From: Eledone cirrhosa
Lineage: Eukaryota
Length of the DNA stretch: 64,000 bases
Direction: 5' to 3'
NCBI GenBank assembly: GCA_964016885.1
Contig: OZ024743.1
Location: forward strand, 315,704,001-315,768,000
The notes beneath the pieces are model-generated. The model was given only the letters and a program-made list of their open reading frames with translations. It had not been told where the DNA came from and did not search any database. Positions within the stretch are counted from its first letter, which is position 1. Each line of letters starts with the position of its first letter. The translations under genes were made by a program, and so were the position numbers. Below, piece by piece: positions 19,261-32,661 of the stretch.

Positions 19261-19339
<79 letters not shown>
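19261..19339. repeat. (TAT)n microsatellite at the 5' junction of a Tx1 fragment
   Basis: About 26 perfect units. Confidence 0.97.
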
Positions 19340-20140
19340 TCGTTAGTTGGAAACCAAAAGAGGTTTATAAGAAAGGTATCGCGACCGAAGTGCTTGTGGC
19401 GAAATTGGCTCTAGACCAATTCTTCGTCGCCAACGAAGACTGTCTTGTCAGAAGTAAGGTACGTGCTCTAACACATGAAGGGGTGAAAGACGTTCAATGG
19501 GTCCATGTGGGAGAGGCACGTGCAACAACAAACTTAAAGTACAGTCTTTGGCGGATTGCGATGTGTGTATGTTCTCGGTCACAAGAGGCACTTGGCTCAA
19601 CTGTTTGGTATGAGTGGTAGGTCATATCGCAGGATAGACTCCAGTGCCTATTTTGATGTCCTGTCACGACGACTTGTTGCGAAAAGCCTTTAACAGCCAC
19701 TGAAATACGGGGGTGGGGGAGGGTGATGGTCTGCCTTGCGAAATTTACCCGCATATATCAGCCTTGTTCGCTGACATCTTGGCAGATGTATATCGCAACT
19801 GGTAGCAGAATAGTAGAATCCCCAGTTTCTGCCCATAACAGGTAAACGCAGTGTTTAAGATTTTTGCCAAGAGGTTAACAATTGTCGTCGGTGATCTGAT
19901 AGGGCATGTGCAGAAATGCAGCACCCCGTACAAATGCATCCATGACAACCTCAACCTCATGCGATAAATCGAGATGGTATATAATGAATCTGGCACGGAT
20001 GGGACTTTGATCAAGTTATATCTATCGAAAGTTTTCTATAGCGTCAACCATCGGTACTCGATGGCTGTCCTCCAGGCAGTTAGATTCGGCCTTGTCTTCT
20101 GAAAGTGGATTACTGCAACATACAATGACTTCTGGTATAT
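19340..20140 (+). mobile_element. Old, truncated Tx1/L1-clade LINE ORF2 fragment (linker plus start of RT)
   Basis: KGIATEVLVAKLALDQFF..CLVRSKVRAL aligns to SGIATDLLAERMALDHFF..CIVRAKARAL of the copies downstream; ATCCATGACAACCTCAACCTCATGCGA (IHDNLNLMR) at ~19937. Confidence 0.85.
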
Positions 20141-21229
20141 GGTCAAAAATATCTGAACAAGGACCTTAAACAGACTGTACTTTCATGAGTATATGTGCAG
20201 TGCCCAGCTCAGCAGTCTTTTGTAGAACAATGTATGTATCAAGGTCTATTTGCTCGAGACACCCCCTCAGTTTTAGTGGTATTCAGCAATATGCTTCGAT
20301 AACAACCGAATTATTTTGATGTTGTTAGGTGTATTGTATACATTTGTGAAATTTCAATCTTCAAATCAGTATATGTCTTGTTTTAATTCCTTTCAAGGCT
20401 ATGTTATGGTCTCCTGGGATAGTAACATCAATAATCTGCACGTTTATTTCTGAGCTTAACTACAATATTAGGTCAGTTATGTTCATGTCTTCGGTCCGTT
20501 ACGTCACAGATTATCTTGGGATTGTTTCTGTCATCGAGCAAACTTTCTAGGACATTCTGGTACTGCTTATCCGTTATTTGATACCCATTTCTTTTATATT
20601 TTCTTTTTTTTTTACAATTGACGGTACATGCAAGCCATAAGTTTATTAATACTCTGGCATTTTACACGTGATCACTATATAGAGGAAACTTTCTGTATTA
20701 ATTCTACACAGGAGACTTACATACTTTCATCAAAATTATATATCCCTTTAGTCACCGACTTCGTACTCAATAATTGGTCTTGGGTTGAGATCAGCAGTGT
20801 TTCAGTCTCCCTTTATAGATCACTGCAGGAGAGGCAATTCCAAGACCTTTCTATCTTAGATACAGAAGTTTATCGTTTAAATTAGCCATACAATTCCTTT
20901 CTAATCCTTACTTCTCTCTTCTCCGCAGAGATTCGTTTCTTAAACTCTTCTTTACTCTCTACCTTTCTTCTGGACATACTGTAGAAGACTTTCTTTATTA
21001 TTTGTCAGATGGTAATTAATGGCTCATCTCTCATTCTTTTTTTTTTTTTTCATGAATACCTGAGGGAGTTGTAAGGGCACCATATTGACATACAGCGTTT
21101 CTAGGGTATTTTAAAACCTGGCGGAGTCCATCTCCTCACCAGGTCTGAATACAACAGATTTCTTGCAGAGAAGAATATAGAGAGTGAGAGAATAGAAGTG
21201 TGAAAGAGATATAGAGGAAAAATCTACTT

Positions 21230-21372
21230 GATTGGTACTTTTTTATCAACCTCGAATGGATAAAAGGCAAAGTTGACCTCGGCAGAATTTGAACTCAGAG
21301 AACAGAGACCCGAAACGAATACTGCAAAGCATTCTATCTGACGTACTAACGATTCTACCAATTCGCCACCTT
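21230..21372 (-). mobile_element. tRNA-derived SINE (family 1)
   Basis: GGTACTTTTTTATC...AAGGCAAAGTTGACCTCGGCAGAATTTGAACTCAG...CTAACGATTCTACCA, reverse complement of the family-1 core and head. Confidence 0.85.
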
Positions 21373-21991
21373 CCGCATTCTCGATATATTCTGTAGAATT
21401 TATCAGTTTTCTTCCTTCAGTTGTGCATTTAATCTACAGTCGTTTTATACATGCTTTTGGATGTAATGTATGGTCACTATTTTTCTTGTTCTGCTGTATA
21501 TCTCATCAATATAGTCCACTTGATGATCTCAGCACTGTACAGTATTACAGCCTATGTGTTTACAGCAAAGATAAAGTCTCTTGTATGCAGTTTGGACTTA
21601 AGAGGCTTTAACCCGAGTATAGATGTTTACAATTTCCCTCTAGTTTCATCTAGAATTCATTTTGATATACTTAAATTTTATCAAGAGGATTATTATTGAC
21701 ATTAATTCTTCTCTTTTACTGATCTCAAACAAGAGTGACCTAGCGAAACGAAGAGTTCGTTATTGTGCTGAGAATTCCAATAAAATATATCTTCTACAGA
21801 TTAACCGAAATTAATATGCACTATATTATATATATATATATGCACTATATATATATATAAACTGTGAGGTTTGAAAGCCACTACAATGCAGTTGTGGTGA
21901 AAATATCCAGGTATTATGTAGTGAATAAAAATAAGAAAAAGAAGAGAAACCAGAGGTGATTGTACCTTTCAATTTATTGTATCTATATTTC

Positions 21992-22014
21992 AGATATTTC
22001 GTCTTTCATCAGGG
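21992..22014 (-). ncRNA. Degenerate minimal hammerhead-like motif, probable PLE terminal-repeat remnant
   Basis: Minus strand CCCTGATGA-AAGAC-GAAATATCT; core boxes present, stems poorly supported. Confidence 0.35.
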
Positions 22015-22482
22015 TTATATCACAGAAACCCCGCTGTAGATGCTCGTTAGGCTGGCGTTTTTTTCCTATATATATATGAATTTAAATCGATATACAAAGG
22101 TACCGACACACTGTACCATAGCTGTTGAATGTAAATTAAGCGCGAAAACAACCAAAGCAGAACGCAATCATAAATAAACGATAATGTTATGGATACAACA
22201 TTGTTTAAAATCTTGCAAATAAATAACATTGAACTAAACAGAACAGTAAAAATATATAGATTATTGCTTCGGATCTTGAGAAAACAGAACAAATTACCAT
22301 TATTAAATGAATAATTAATGACGAATGAATAATGAGTGATGTAAAGAAGGTGAACCTCATCAATAGCTAATCTTATTAATTAGACAAGATATTAACTGTC
22401 CATAATTAAGTTCGAGTCGAAACAAAAGCTCACGTGTATACTTATTGCGACTGGGAAAATCACTGCAACTGTTATATATATA

Positions 22483-22535
<53 letters not shown>

Positions 22536-22639
22536 TTTAATAAATGCACAGAGAACAAAAAACAAAGAGGCAGTACAAATGATATTGTTTCTAGTTTCAG
22601 TCGATCGACAAGATTCCAGACCTCATCAAATCGGGCCGA

Positions 22640-22793
22640 GGAAACAATGTTTCCATAGGTCTTTCCAATTGCTAATACTATCTTCGATCGCAAATCTAGG
22701 CAGAAGGAGCAACGTGAAATAAAATGTCTTGCACAAGGACATAAAGCATGACCCGGTCCGGGAATCGAACTCACAACTAAGCCACACGCCTTC

Positions 22794-22795
<2 letters not shown>
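22640..22795 (-). mobile_element. tRNA-derived SINE (family 2)
   Basis: GGAGCAACGTGAAATAAAATGTCTTGCACAAGGAC...GGGAATCGAACTCAC, reverse complement of the core and B box at 17080-17135. Confidence 0.7.
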
Positions 22796-22825
<30 letters not shown>

Positions 22826-23049
22826 TAGTACGGTGTGTAACTACAGTTACAAGCGGTGCGCCGTTCGAAGCACTTAATGCTGTTAAGGGGTCCGTCTCCT
22901 TTTTGGGTTGCATTCCACAGTTAAGACCACTGTAGTGTTCATAGTGTAAGTAGAATTGAAGTCAGTGTTGCAGCATAAGTACAAACCTTATTGGCTCATG
23001 ATAAGGTTGCCAATAAGGTTTGTACATATTCTGCAACACTCACTTCGGA

Positions 23050-23053
<4 letters not shown>

Positions 23054-23141
<88 letters not shown>

Positions 23142-23173
23142 TTCTCTCATTCTCTCTCTTTCACACACACACA

Positions 23174-23239
<66 letters not shown>

Positions 23240-23242
23240 ATT

Positions 23243-23279
<37 letters not shown>

Positions 23280-23300
23280 GGGGAGGGAGAGAGAGAGATA
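23054..23300. repeat. Compound (TC)n(CA)n(TC)n(TA)n(GA)n microsatellite
   Basis: Direct reading. Confidence 0.95.
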
Positions 23301-24174
23301 GGGGAGTGGGGAGGAGAAATTTCATAAATGACAATTCAAGTACGGACTTAGATTGTTTATCTAACGATCGGAAAGTTGTGGCTTTGATCCAATGACAGAA
23401 TGGAGCGATCTGATTTTAAGGAACGCACAATATTTCACATTGCTCCATTCAACTCACCTATATAAAAAAAATGAGTACCATCGGTCACGGAATGACAGAC
23501 TGATGTTTTATCTAAGGAGCCATCTTGTACTTTCAGTGGCTTAACGTCATATGAATCTCTAGACTTTACATTTTTTGACAGTAGAAGGCTCTTGAAATTT
23601 AAGTGTATTTTGACAACCTCGCGACATGCATCAGTAATGGTGGCGTTGGTGAAAATATCTGCTTTTTGACGTTTTATCTACGACTCTCAATTTCAATGTA
23701 AGAAATGTTCTAAAATTAAAACTGTATGTCTATAGTGACTACATATTTGTGTTCTAAACCAAGAAATAATCTTTGTCTTTGCAGTTCTTAATATTTGTTA
23801 TTGTTTGTTTTTGTGTGTGGGGGAGGGGGGGGGGGCGTGTATTTTAAAGCTCAAACAAAATAAATGTTTAAAGAACTTCAGTAATTCTTGGGCTGATTGT
23901 AGTAGATAACAAACCAGAAAGTATAGAATTTGCCTGCAATGAAAAGAATGCTGATGAATATAATCGAAGAGAATGCTTGTGATTTTCTTGTTTAAATAAC
24001 AATAAACTTTGGTAACTTTATAAGGAATTGAGAGCCACATATTTATCTTATCACAACTAATACATGTGTTATACTGAAGACGAAAAGTATTACAAGAAAT
24101 TTTCTTGTAGTTTCGGTGCAGCTTCTTGTCTTTCTACAGCTATTTCTGTGTAGATTTTATATCCCCCCCCCCCA

Positions 24175-24207
<33 letters not shown>

Positions 24208-24211
24208 CATA

Positions 24212-24242
<31 letters not shown>

Positions 24243-24893
24243 AATTTAAAAAAATATGATCAACACTAATAAGAGCTTAATAATTGTATTTGACTACTAA
24301 ATTGAAATAAATCTGCTCCTTCGGTAGAGCTGAATTCATAATCCCATATTTACGGCTGTTATTTCTAGCGCCATGGATATGAGCCAGAATGCTGAGAAGG
24401 TCGTGTGCAAAAGCACACGTATTAGGCTTGCGACAGATCAGTCTTAAGATTCTCATCTTAGGAGAAGTAACTATAATTTATATGGGTGCCTATTGAAAAT
24501 CACAGAAAATTGATTACTTCACTAAAAATTATTTATAAATAGTTGTTCCGTAATTAATTAATTATTCATTAGTATACCATCCCTTGTGAAAAAGGTTTAT
24601 GTTTTGAAGTTCCGACCGATCTGCTGAAAAGGTTTGAATTTTGAAATTTAAACTTGTCTAGGCACCAGGCAGTTGCCATTTTACGTCTGTAAGTATAGAT
24701 TTACTATTTAATATTTTCTAGATCGATACAGGCAGACTATATGTACTTGAATTAAGGTATTTCTATCTGGCTAAAAAATTATTGTCATTTTGCAAAAAAA
24801 ACACATTAGTGTTGATCATATTTTTTTTAATTGTACTGTAATGCTCAGAAGTATTTTCTTAGAGCTTAATAATTGTATTTGACTACTAAATTG

Positions 24894-24935
<42 letters not shown>

Positions 24936-25157
24936 ATTATTATTATTATTATTGGTCTAAGCGGATGTATTTTGCTCGCTCACAGTACGTCGCTTTATTT
25001 GCCTGTTAACATTATTTGCTGTTAAATATTTCTTGTTGTATAAGGGATATAAGCCCTTAGACTTTGCCCCGTGAAGGGAAAAGTATAATATGTGGGCCTT
25101 TTGGCCCAAATATGTTTTTTTTTTTACATGTTAAAAAAATTACGAAGAAAAAAAAAC

Positions 25158-27127
25158 ATGGCTGAGCCACGCCTCCCAGCGATAACTCGGCTGTCGTGCG
25201 ACAACGACGTACAAGTTGAGAGGAGCGCTACAGCGAAATTAACACACATTTATAACACAAACACCACCACAAACAAAGTAAACAACGTCACCAATGATAC
25301 CAATGAGAACTCTAATTTTGAAAAAAATGACAGTAACAGCAACAACGAAAATACAGATAACAAAAAAAAAAAATAACAAATACAACAACAATATCAACAC
25401 CACTAACATGAAAACAAATAGCGACAACACCAACAGCAACAATACCAACTGCACCGAGAACAACGGTGGCAACAAAGACAACAATGATAACAGCGACAGT
25501 GCTACCAACAACACCAACAAGAACAACGACAACAAAACCTCCAACGAAAACAAGAAGAACACTTTCGCTGCGGCAGCAGCAAAAAAGAGGCCATGCTTCA
25601 ACATGGACCTCTCAAACAAAAATGAAAAGTTGGCCCAGGCATGGAAGCTCATCAAGCAAGAGCAAACTTGGGCCAACTTAACTGTTCCGGTAGAAGCTAT
25701 TGAGGCAGTGGAGCGCAAAACGGTGCATTATAGATGCATCTCAGCACAAACCAAAAGGGCAGCTTTAATCCCACAAGAATATGTCGAAGTCGCGCTGAAG
25801 TGCATCAGAGAAGACACCCAGTACATAGAGAGGGGCAGACAGTACGGCACCATTTCGGTGTTGTTCAAGTCAGAAACCCTCGCTATGAAACACGCTATGA
25901 CTCCTTGCAAAACCAGTAAGGTCATAATGTACCCCTCCCACATGGGAAAAAGAACGGCCCGTCTCCGCATTCCCAGAATCCCACCAGGGCTTGACATGTG
26001 GTGGCTTCTGGGATGTGTGATTGTGGAGAGGATGGATACAGTCCCTATAGAAGTGACCAGAATGGCCAGAGAGGACTGGTTCGGGGTTGACCTGGAGATC
26101 CTTCTCCAGATCAGGCCCGAGAATGTGAAGACAATCCCGGACCACATCCGCCTTCAGAATGGGACGGTCATTCACATTATGACCGAAGGCAAAAGGCCGC
26201 AGTGTTTTGTTTGTGGGGAAAAAACCCATTTGCGAGCCTTCTGCCCTCAACTGCTGAAAGAGGCAAGGGGTCGAAAGGCTCCACTGCTGCTGAGGCCGGG
26301 GCGAGGAACACAACCAACACCAGCACCGGCAAAACCACCAACAACAACACCAATAGAAAGACCACCACCAACATTGACCACCGAGGGGAGAAAAAGAGGA
26401 AAGCTGTCAAATTCCCCCTCCCCCCAAAATACACACACCAATAAAACCATAAACATACATACAGACACACTTACAGACACAGACCAGTAGTGAAAATGAG
26501 GGAAATCCAAAATCCCCCAAAATACAAAAAAGGAAACACAAAAAGAAAAAAAGAACTCAACAAAGCACAAAAGCACGCACAATAAAAAACGCAGACACCA
26601 CCCACGCAAACATATCTCCAATAACACCAACATCAACACCACCATCACCATCACCAGAATCCCCCAAACGCAAACAACCGAAACAGACGCAAAAACAAAT
26701 ATACACACAAACATCTGAAACCACAGACACCGCACTCACAACAAACACAGATACAACCGAAACAACACCACCAAAACCATCACCACCACAGCCACGCAAA
26801 CAAATAAAATCACACCAACAAAACATACAAAACATCGTGCTCGTCATGAGGGCCAACAAGGAACTGATGGCCCTCGTAGCACGAAGTGAAAATATACAAA
26901 AAGAGGGGGAAATGTTTAAATCGAGCACATTTCGCGTGCCGGAAGATTTGGTTCTGGTGCGAATGTCGCTCGACATATTCAAAGAAATACGAGACAGCTT
27001 TCCTCGGGACGTGGGAACCCCGAACGTAAAACCCACTTCAAGACTTTAAAAGGGGTTCCCAAATGAAACCCCACTAACTATGGAAGTCGAACAACCCGAC
27101 CTTCACAAGAGCCCGGAAGGTAAGTAA
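25158..27127 (+). pseudogene. Copy A ORF1 (gag-like nucleic-acid-binding protein), disrupted
   Basis: ATG 25158, frameshift in the A-run at ~25365, Asn-rich N-terminus, CFVCGEKTHLRAFC zinc knuckle, Thr/Pro/Lys-rich tail, internal stop at 26490. Confidence 0.85.
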
Positions 27128-27158
27128 ACCTTCCTCTCTATCTGTTTAACCTGCCAAC

Positions 27159-30100
27159 ATGGCCGTATTAAGAGTAGGATGTTTAAATGTTCGAGGCATG
27201 GGATCTTCCTGGAAACAGGGTCACCTGCTCAATGACCTCAGGTCTATAGAAATGGATGTAATTGCAGTCAGCGAGACCAGGATTTCCGACACGCGCGCAC
27301 TAGCCCCCATTTTCGACGACTATCAGATCTTTGCATCTGTTAGCCAGCCGGGAATGGGGGGGGGCAGTACTGTTTAGGAAAGGCCTGGATCTCGAGGTAA
27401 GGTCGATCTTCTGGGACCCGGACGGGAAGTTGGTGGTCCTGGACGTGAACAATAATGAAGGTGGTGCCTTTAGACTGGTGGCCGTCTATGCTCCTACTGG
27501 GGAAGGACGGCCGGACTTCTTTAGACGCCTGGAAGCCTTTCTGGGTACGTCTCGCCCTTTACTGTTAGCGGGAGACTGGAACGGCATCTTAGAAGCACGC
27601 TGGGACTGTGTGGGAGTATCCGATAGGAGCGTGGGTTGCAAAAGCCTCAAGAACCTGATCAGCCAGTTCCAACAGTCTGACAGGTACCGACTAGATTTCC
27701 CTAATGCGCCAGTGTGGACCTGGGCAAACCGCATAGGGTCATCTAGATCGTATATAGACAGGATATTCATTAGGAAAATAGACAGAAATAGTGTAAGCTG
27801 TCCACGTTTTGAAACGGTCGCCTATTCAGATCACAAGTTTGTGATCTGTATGGTCGACCTAGATAAGACGCGTAGGTTAGGACCTGGCTACTGGAAGCTA
27901 AACATGTCATTTCCGGCACGTAAGGCTTACAGGGACCAGGTCAACAATTTAGTTAAGAAAAAGTTGACAGGGGGAGTCGTCAACAATAGGTGGTGGGGGG
28001 CTCTAGAAAGAGAGATTAGAGTAATGTCGATAGAGTTTAGCAAAGAAGTAGCATTAGAGAAAAATAGAAAGGAGGGAGAGTTGGTAGATAAGTTAGACGA
28101 GGCTATTGGTAGTGGCATTGCAACTGATCTGCTAGCGGAGAGAATGGCATTAGACCATTTCTTCAATGCCAAACACGAAGGTTGCATTGTCAGAGCTAAG
28201 GCGCGTGCTCTGAGAAACGAGGAAACCAAAGCTGTTCGATGGGCCCGCGTGGCAGAGGCGCAGCGTGGTAATAAAACCACGATTCGGTCATTGACGGACC
28301 GAGACGAGCTCGAGCTGAGCGATTCCAAGAGGATGTGTGAGGCCTTTCGCCAACATTTTGCTCGGTTGTTCGGGGGAAGTAGCGGGTCAGAGATGGTGGC
28401 GGACTTCAGTCCCTACCTCGATGGCTTACCGCAACTCTCGACGGCTGACGCTGGGCGCTGCGAAAGGCCAATTACTTCAGCCGAGATTCAGGGTGCCCTT
28501 GTAGGCTGTATGAGGCGCAAGTCACCCGGTTTGGATGGTCTGCCCTACGACCATCGGTAGGCTGTCCTCAAGGCGGCTGGCTTCAGCCCCGTCTTCAGAA
28601 GCTGGATCGCTGCAATGCACAGCGGCACCTGCTCTATGGTCAAAATTAATGGCCACCTCTCGGAATCGTTTCAGGTCTCCCGATCGGTCCGTCAATGGTG
28701 CCCTCTCTCCTCCCTTCTGTACGTATTGACTCTCGAGCCTTTACTGCGGAAGCTGGAGCTGTTGCAGGGCATCCAGCTCGAACCGGGACGCGGAAAGTCT
28801 GTGTCGGCTTATGCGGACGACATCACCGTGATGAAATCGAGGTGGTCGGCAACTTATTGGAGGAATATGAAAGGTTGACGGGAGCAAAACTTAACCCGGA
28901 AAAGTCAGTGGGCTTGCAACTCGGCACCTGGAGGGGCAAGTCCATGCCGTCCAACAGCGTCGTTAGGCGCTAGACGGACGGACAGGTAAAGTTGCTAGGG
29001 TTTTGGTTCGAGCCAGACCTCCAGGTGGATAAGAATTGGGACGAGGTGACGGGCAGGGTAGTCAGTCTCACCCAGAAATGGGCTGGGATGAAGCTATCAC
29101 TGAAAGGTCGAGCGGAGGTGGCGAACGCGTACATCGCGTCCGGCATCTACTACCGTCTGACTGTCGTCCCTTTCCCCCGTTCGCGCCTCGCCATCTTGGA
29201 GCGGCTCCTCTTCAAATTCTTGTGGAGGGGTCAGGTTCCGCTGGTGAGGCGGTCCATCTGCTGCCAGCACCCTCTACGTGGAAGGCTGGGTATGCCGTGG
29301 CTAATGATGCGCAAGCACGCGCTGAGACTGCGACATCTCCAGAAATTCTGTCTAAACGGTGAGCAGGTGTGGTCGCCGTTTGTCAGACGGGCCTTTCCGC
29401 AGCTCGTTTCTTTGACTGAGTTGCAGTCCTGGGTCAAGAAGAGACCGAGACTGGGTGACTGGCATCTGGAATGTTGCCAGGCACTCACTGCCCTCTACCA
29501 GGCGGGCAATACGGTCAGTTGAACTTCCACTCTCGAGTTCTATAGAGGATTAGTGGTGGGCAAGTGCGACGACGCACTCGGAGAGGCTCTGGGAGTCAAC
29601 GAAGTCGAACTAACCAGTCTGTACCGGAGGACTTTCGAGCCGGGGACGATGGATAATTTCCAAAAATCCCTCGCTTGGCAGTGCTATCGGGGCGCACTGC
29701 CGGTTCGAGATAAACTCTACAGGCACGGAAGTGCTGTCAGACGGACCTGCCTGAGATGCGCGCAGAGCAACGAAACCGTTCTGCACGCACTCGTCCAGTG
29801 TCCGTGCATTACTGACATGTGGAGTTATGTTGAACAGCTGTTGTCGCGTGTAGAACGGATCCGGCTATCGGCCGAGTCCATAGTGAAGATCGACCCGCCG
29901 CCTTCTTTTGGCCAGGAAAGGCAGGCAATTTTCCTCTGTCTGGTGGCAGTAGCGAAAGAGGTTGTATGGTGGACGAGGTTGAAAGGACAAAAGACAGACA
30001 CTTTTCTCTTCGGCCAATCCCTCATCAACTTTTTCAAGTTTCACTTGGAAAGGAAGGTGAAGGGGGAGAGAGAAGTGCTACCACCCAGTACATTTGCTGA

Positions 30101-30164
30101 AAGGTGGGTGAATGTGGCGAGAATGGCCCGTGTGAGTGGGCCTACTCTGGTCATGCGGCTGTAG
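27159..30164 (+). pseudogene. Copy A ORF2 (APE endonuclease, reverse transcriptase, C-terminal Cys/His finger), disrupted
   Basis: CLNVRG, SET, VYAP, GDWN, SYIDR and SDH APE motifs; KSPGLDGLP; YADD; CLRC..ETVLHALVQC; frameshift in the G-run at ~27360; ~0.38-kb RT deletion at ~28550. Confidence 0.93.
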
Positions 30165-30675
30165 GTAGGTAAATTTGAAGAGGAGAGGGGTGCCCTTCCA
30201 GGGTTCTCTCGAAGCGACGGGTCGTTCAGGACTGGTGGGGTACCTGAGCGAACCTTAGGTGGTCATCCCCCCTATTGGGGAATGTTTTCTTGTTGTAATT
30301 TTCTTGTTATTTTATTGTTACTTTGTTATTCTTACTTTGTGTATTCATATTGTTTAGTCGATTTTTCTGTAAAACCCCACTGTCCCAGTCTTTTGTATTG
30401 TCCCCTATATGTCGGCCCTTGTGGCCAATAAATGAAATCATTATTATTATTATGGCCGCACATGTGTGAAGACAGTACAAATCTGCGGGGGAAAGTTTCG
30501 TAACTTTAAGCTGTTTTAAAGTGTCATTTTTTGTATTTTCTTGTCGTTAACGAAACTTAAGGCACACATATTGATTTAAAGAGAGGGATACCTCTCAATA
30601 TTCGGACTTTAAGCCCGAATATTCAGTTTTATTTTTAAAAACTTCGAAAAAAATCGCTTCCACACCAAAAAAATT

Positions 30676-32632
30676 ATGGAAAAATTCGACCTTGAAACGG
30701 TAAACAACGTTCAGGTCAAAAGTTTAAAGGCAGCCACTGTAGATTTCACCACGACTACGACGGCTACAGTCATGCCTGTCATCCACTCTACTGAATGTGA
30801 AGGCAAAACTCAACCTTCTGTGATAGCAGCAGTATCATCTGAAAACGACATCACCACCACCGCCGCCACCACCACCACCACAACAACAACAACTCAGAGC
30901 AATAACGACAATAACACCGACAGTTTCAATGTAAACACGGATGGCGGTGGCAACAGCATCAACAAACAAAACAACAACAACACCGATAACAACAGCAAGA
31001 ATGACAACACCAACAATAAGAGCATCAGAAGCACCACAGTTGCTGCAGCAGCAGCAAAAACAAAGCGCATATTGAATATTGATATTGATATTAGCGATAA
31101 AGACGAACAGTTGGCCAAAGCGTGGAGGCTAATTAAACGGGAGTAGTTCTGGGAAAACCTGACCATCCCGGACGAGGCAATAGCGGTCATGCAAAGGAGG
31201 ACGGTGTTCTTTCGATGTATTTCGGTGCAGACACGAAAAGTAGAACTTGCGAGCCAAGCAGAGGTCGAGGCTGCTTTGGAGTACATCGGAAGTAACATAC
31301 AGTACAAAGCAAGAGGCAAACAGTTCGGTACCATCTCGGTACTGTTCAAAACCAAGGCCCTCGCTATTAAGCACTCGGTGACCCCCTGCAGAACGGAACG
31401 CATTATCATGCATCCGTCCTTCATGGGTAAAAGGACAGTAAAGGTACGCATTCCCAGCATCCCACCAGGAATGAACATATGGTGGCTGCTGGGATGCGTA
31501 ATCGAGGAGGGGACAGACACTACCCTTCTGGATATCAAAAGGACAGAGAGAGAGGACTGGTCCGGAATGGATTTGGAGATTCTTCTCCAAATGAAACCGG
31601 AGGATATGAATAACATCCCGGATTTTGCCCGCCTGCAGGACGGGACAACAATCCAACTAATCATTGACGGAAGAAGGCCACGCTGCTTTGTCTGCGGGGA
31701 AGCAACGCATCTTCAAGCCTTCTGCCCTCAGCGCAAAAATGCAGGGGGTCGCAAACCTCCTTTGTTGCCAACGCCAGTGTCAGCACGGAAAGCTGCACCA
31801 CCACCACAACACTAACAAAAACACGGAGACCAACATCAAAAACAGCCGGATCACCACCAACACCAAAACCAATTCAAGGAGAAAACGCGGAAAGCTCTCC
31901 CACTCACCCTAAATTATACACATAGACAAAACAATAAACGCACACACAGACACAGAGACACTCACAGACACAGACCCTTTGTCTTTCTGCAGCGAAGATG
32001 AAGGAAAACCCAAAAGTGCAAAAAAACAGAGAAAACTCACAAAAACAAAAGCCCCAACAAAACACAAAAACATACACAACAAAAAATACAGACACCACTA
32101 ACGCAAACACTTCCCCAATAACATCATCACCAACAGCAACATCGACACCACCTCCACAATCCCCGAAACGCAAACAACCTAAACAAACACAAGTACAAAT
32201 AAACACACAAATACCTGAAATTGCAGACACCACACCTACAACAAACATAGACATACCCGAAACAACACCACCAAAACCATCACCACCACAGTCACCAAAA
32301 CGAAAACAAATAAAACCACACCAAAAAAATGTTAAAAACTTCGTGCTTGTCAGAAGGGCCAACGATAAACTGATGGCCCTCTTAGCACGAAGCCAGGACA
32401 TTCAAACAGAGGGGGGGATTTTTGAAATGAGCACATTTTGCGTGCCAGAAGATTTGCTTCTGGTCCGAATGTCACTCAATTACTTCAAAGAAATTCGAGA
32501 GAGCTTTCCTCAAACGTGGGAACCACGAATGTGAAAGCCACATCAAGACTTTTAAAGGGGTTCCCAAAAGAAACCCCACCAACCGTGGAGGTCGAACCAC
32601 CCGACCTTCACAAGACCCCGGGAGGTAAGTAA
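30676..32632 (+). pseudogene. Copy B ORF1, disrupted
   Basis: Homologous to copy A ORF1 core (LAKAWRLIK, QFGTISVLF, IPPGMNIWWLLGCVI, CFVCGEATHLQAFC); stops at 31146 and 31815. Confidence 0.85.
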
Positions 32633-32661
32633 ACCTTCCCTCTCTCTCTTAGCTTACCAAT

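Larger units (their letters stand above)
24954..30439 (+). mobile_element. Tx1/L1-clade non-LTR retrotransposon copy A, near full length, inactivated
   Basis: 5'UTR, ORF1 with CCHC knuckle, ORF2 APE-RT-Cys finger, 3'UTR with AATAAA at 30427; both ends abut (ATT)n. Confidence 0.93.

Noticed and set aside
21715-21765. Possible hammerhead (CTGATCT...GAAACGAAGAGTTCGTT)
   Set aside because: Core box and stems I/II do not fit; similar weak hits at ~24073, ~45830 and ~46745 were also dropped
20140-24900. Host gene exons in AT-rich unique stretches
   Set aside because: Short ORFs without recognisable domains; small exons cannot be excluded by eye
25239-27036. Antisense hydrophobic ORFs over Tx1 ORF1 (also 30894-32401)
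   Set aside because: Shadow frames of A/C-rich low-complexity coding sequence
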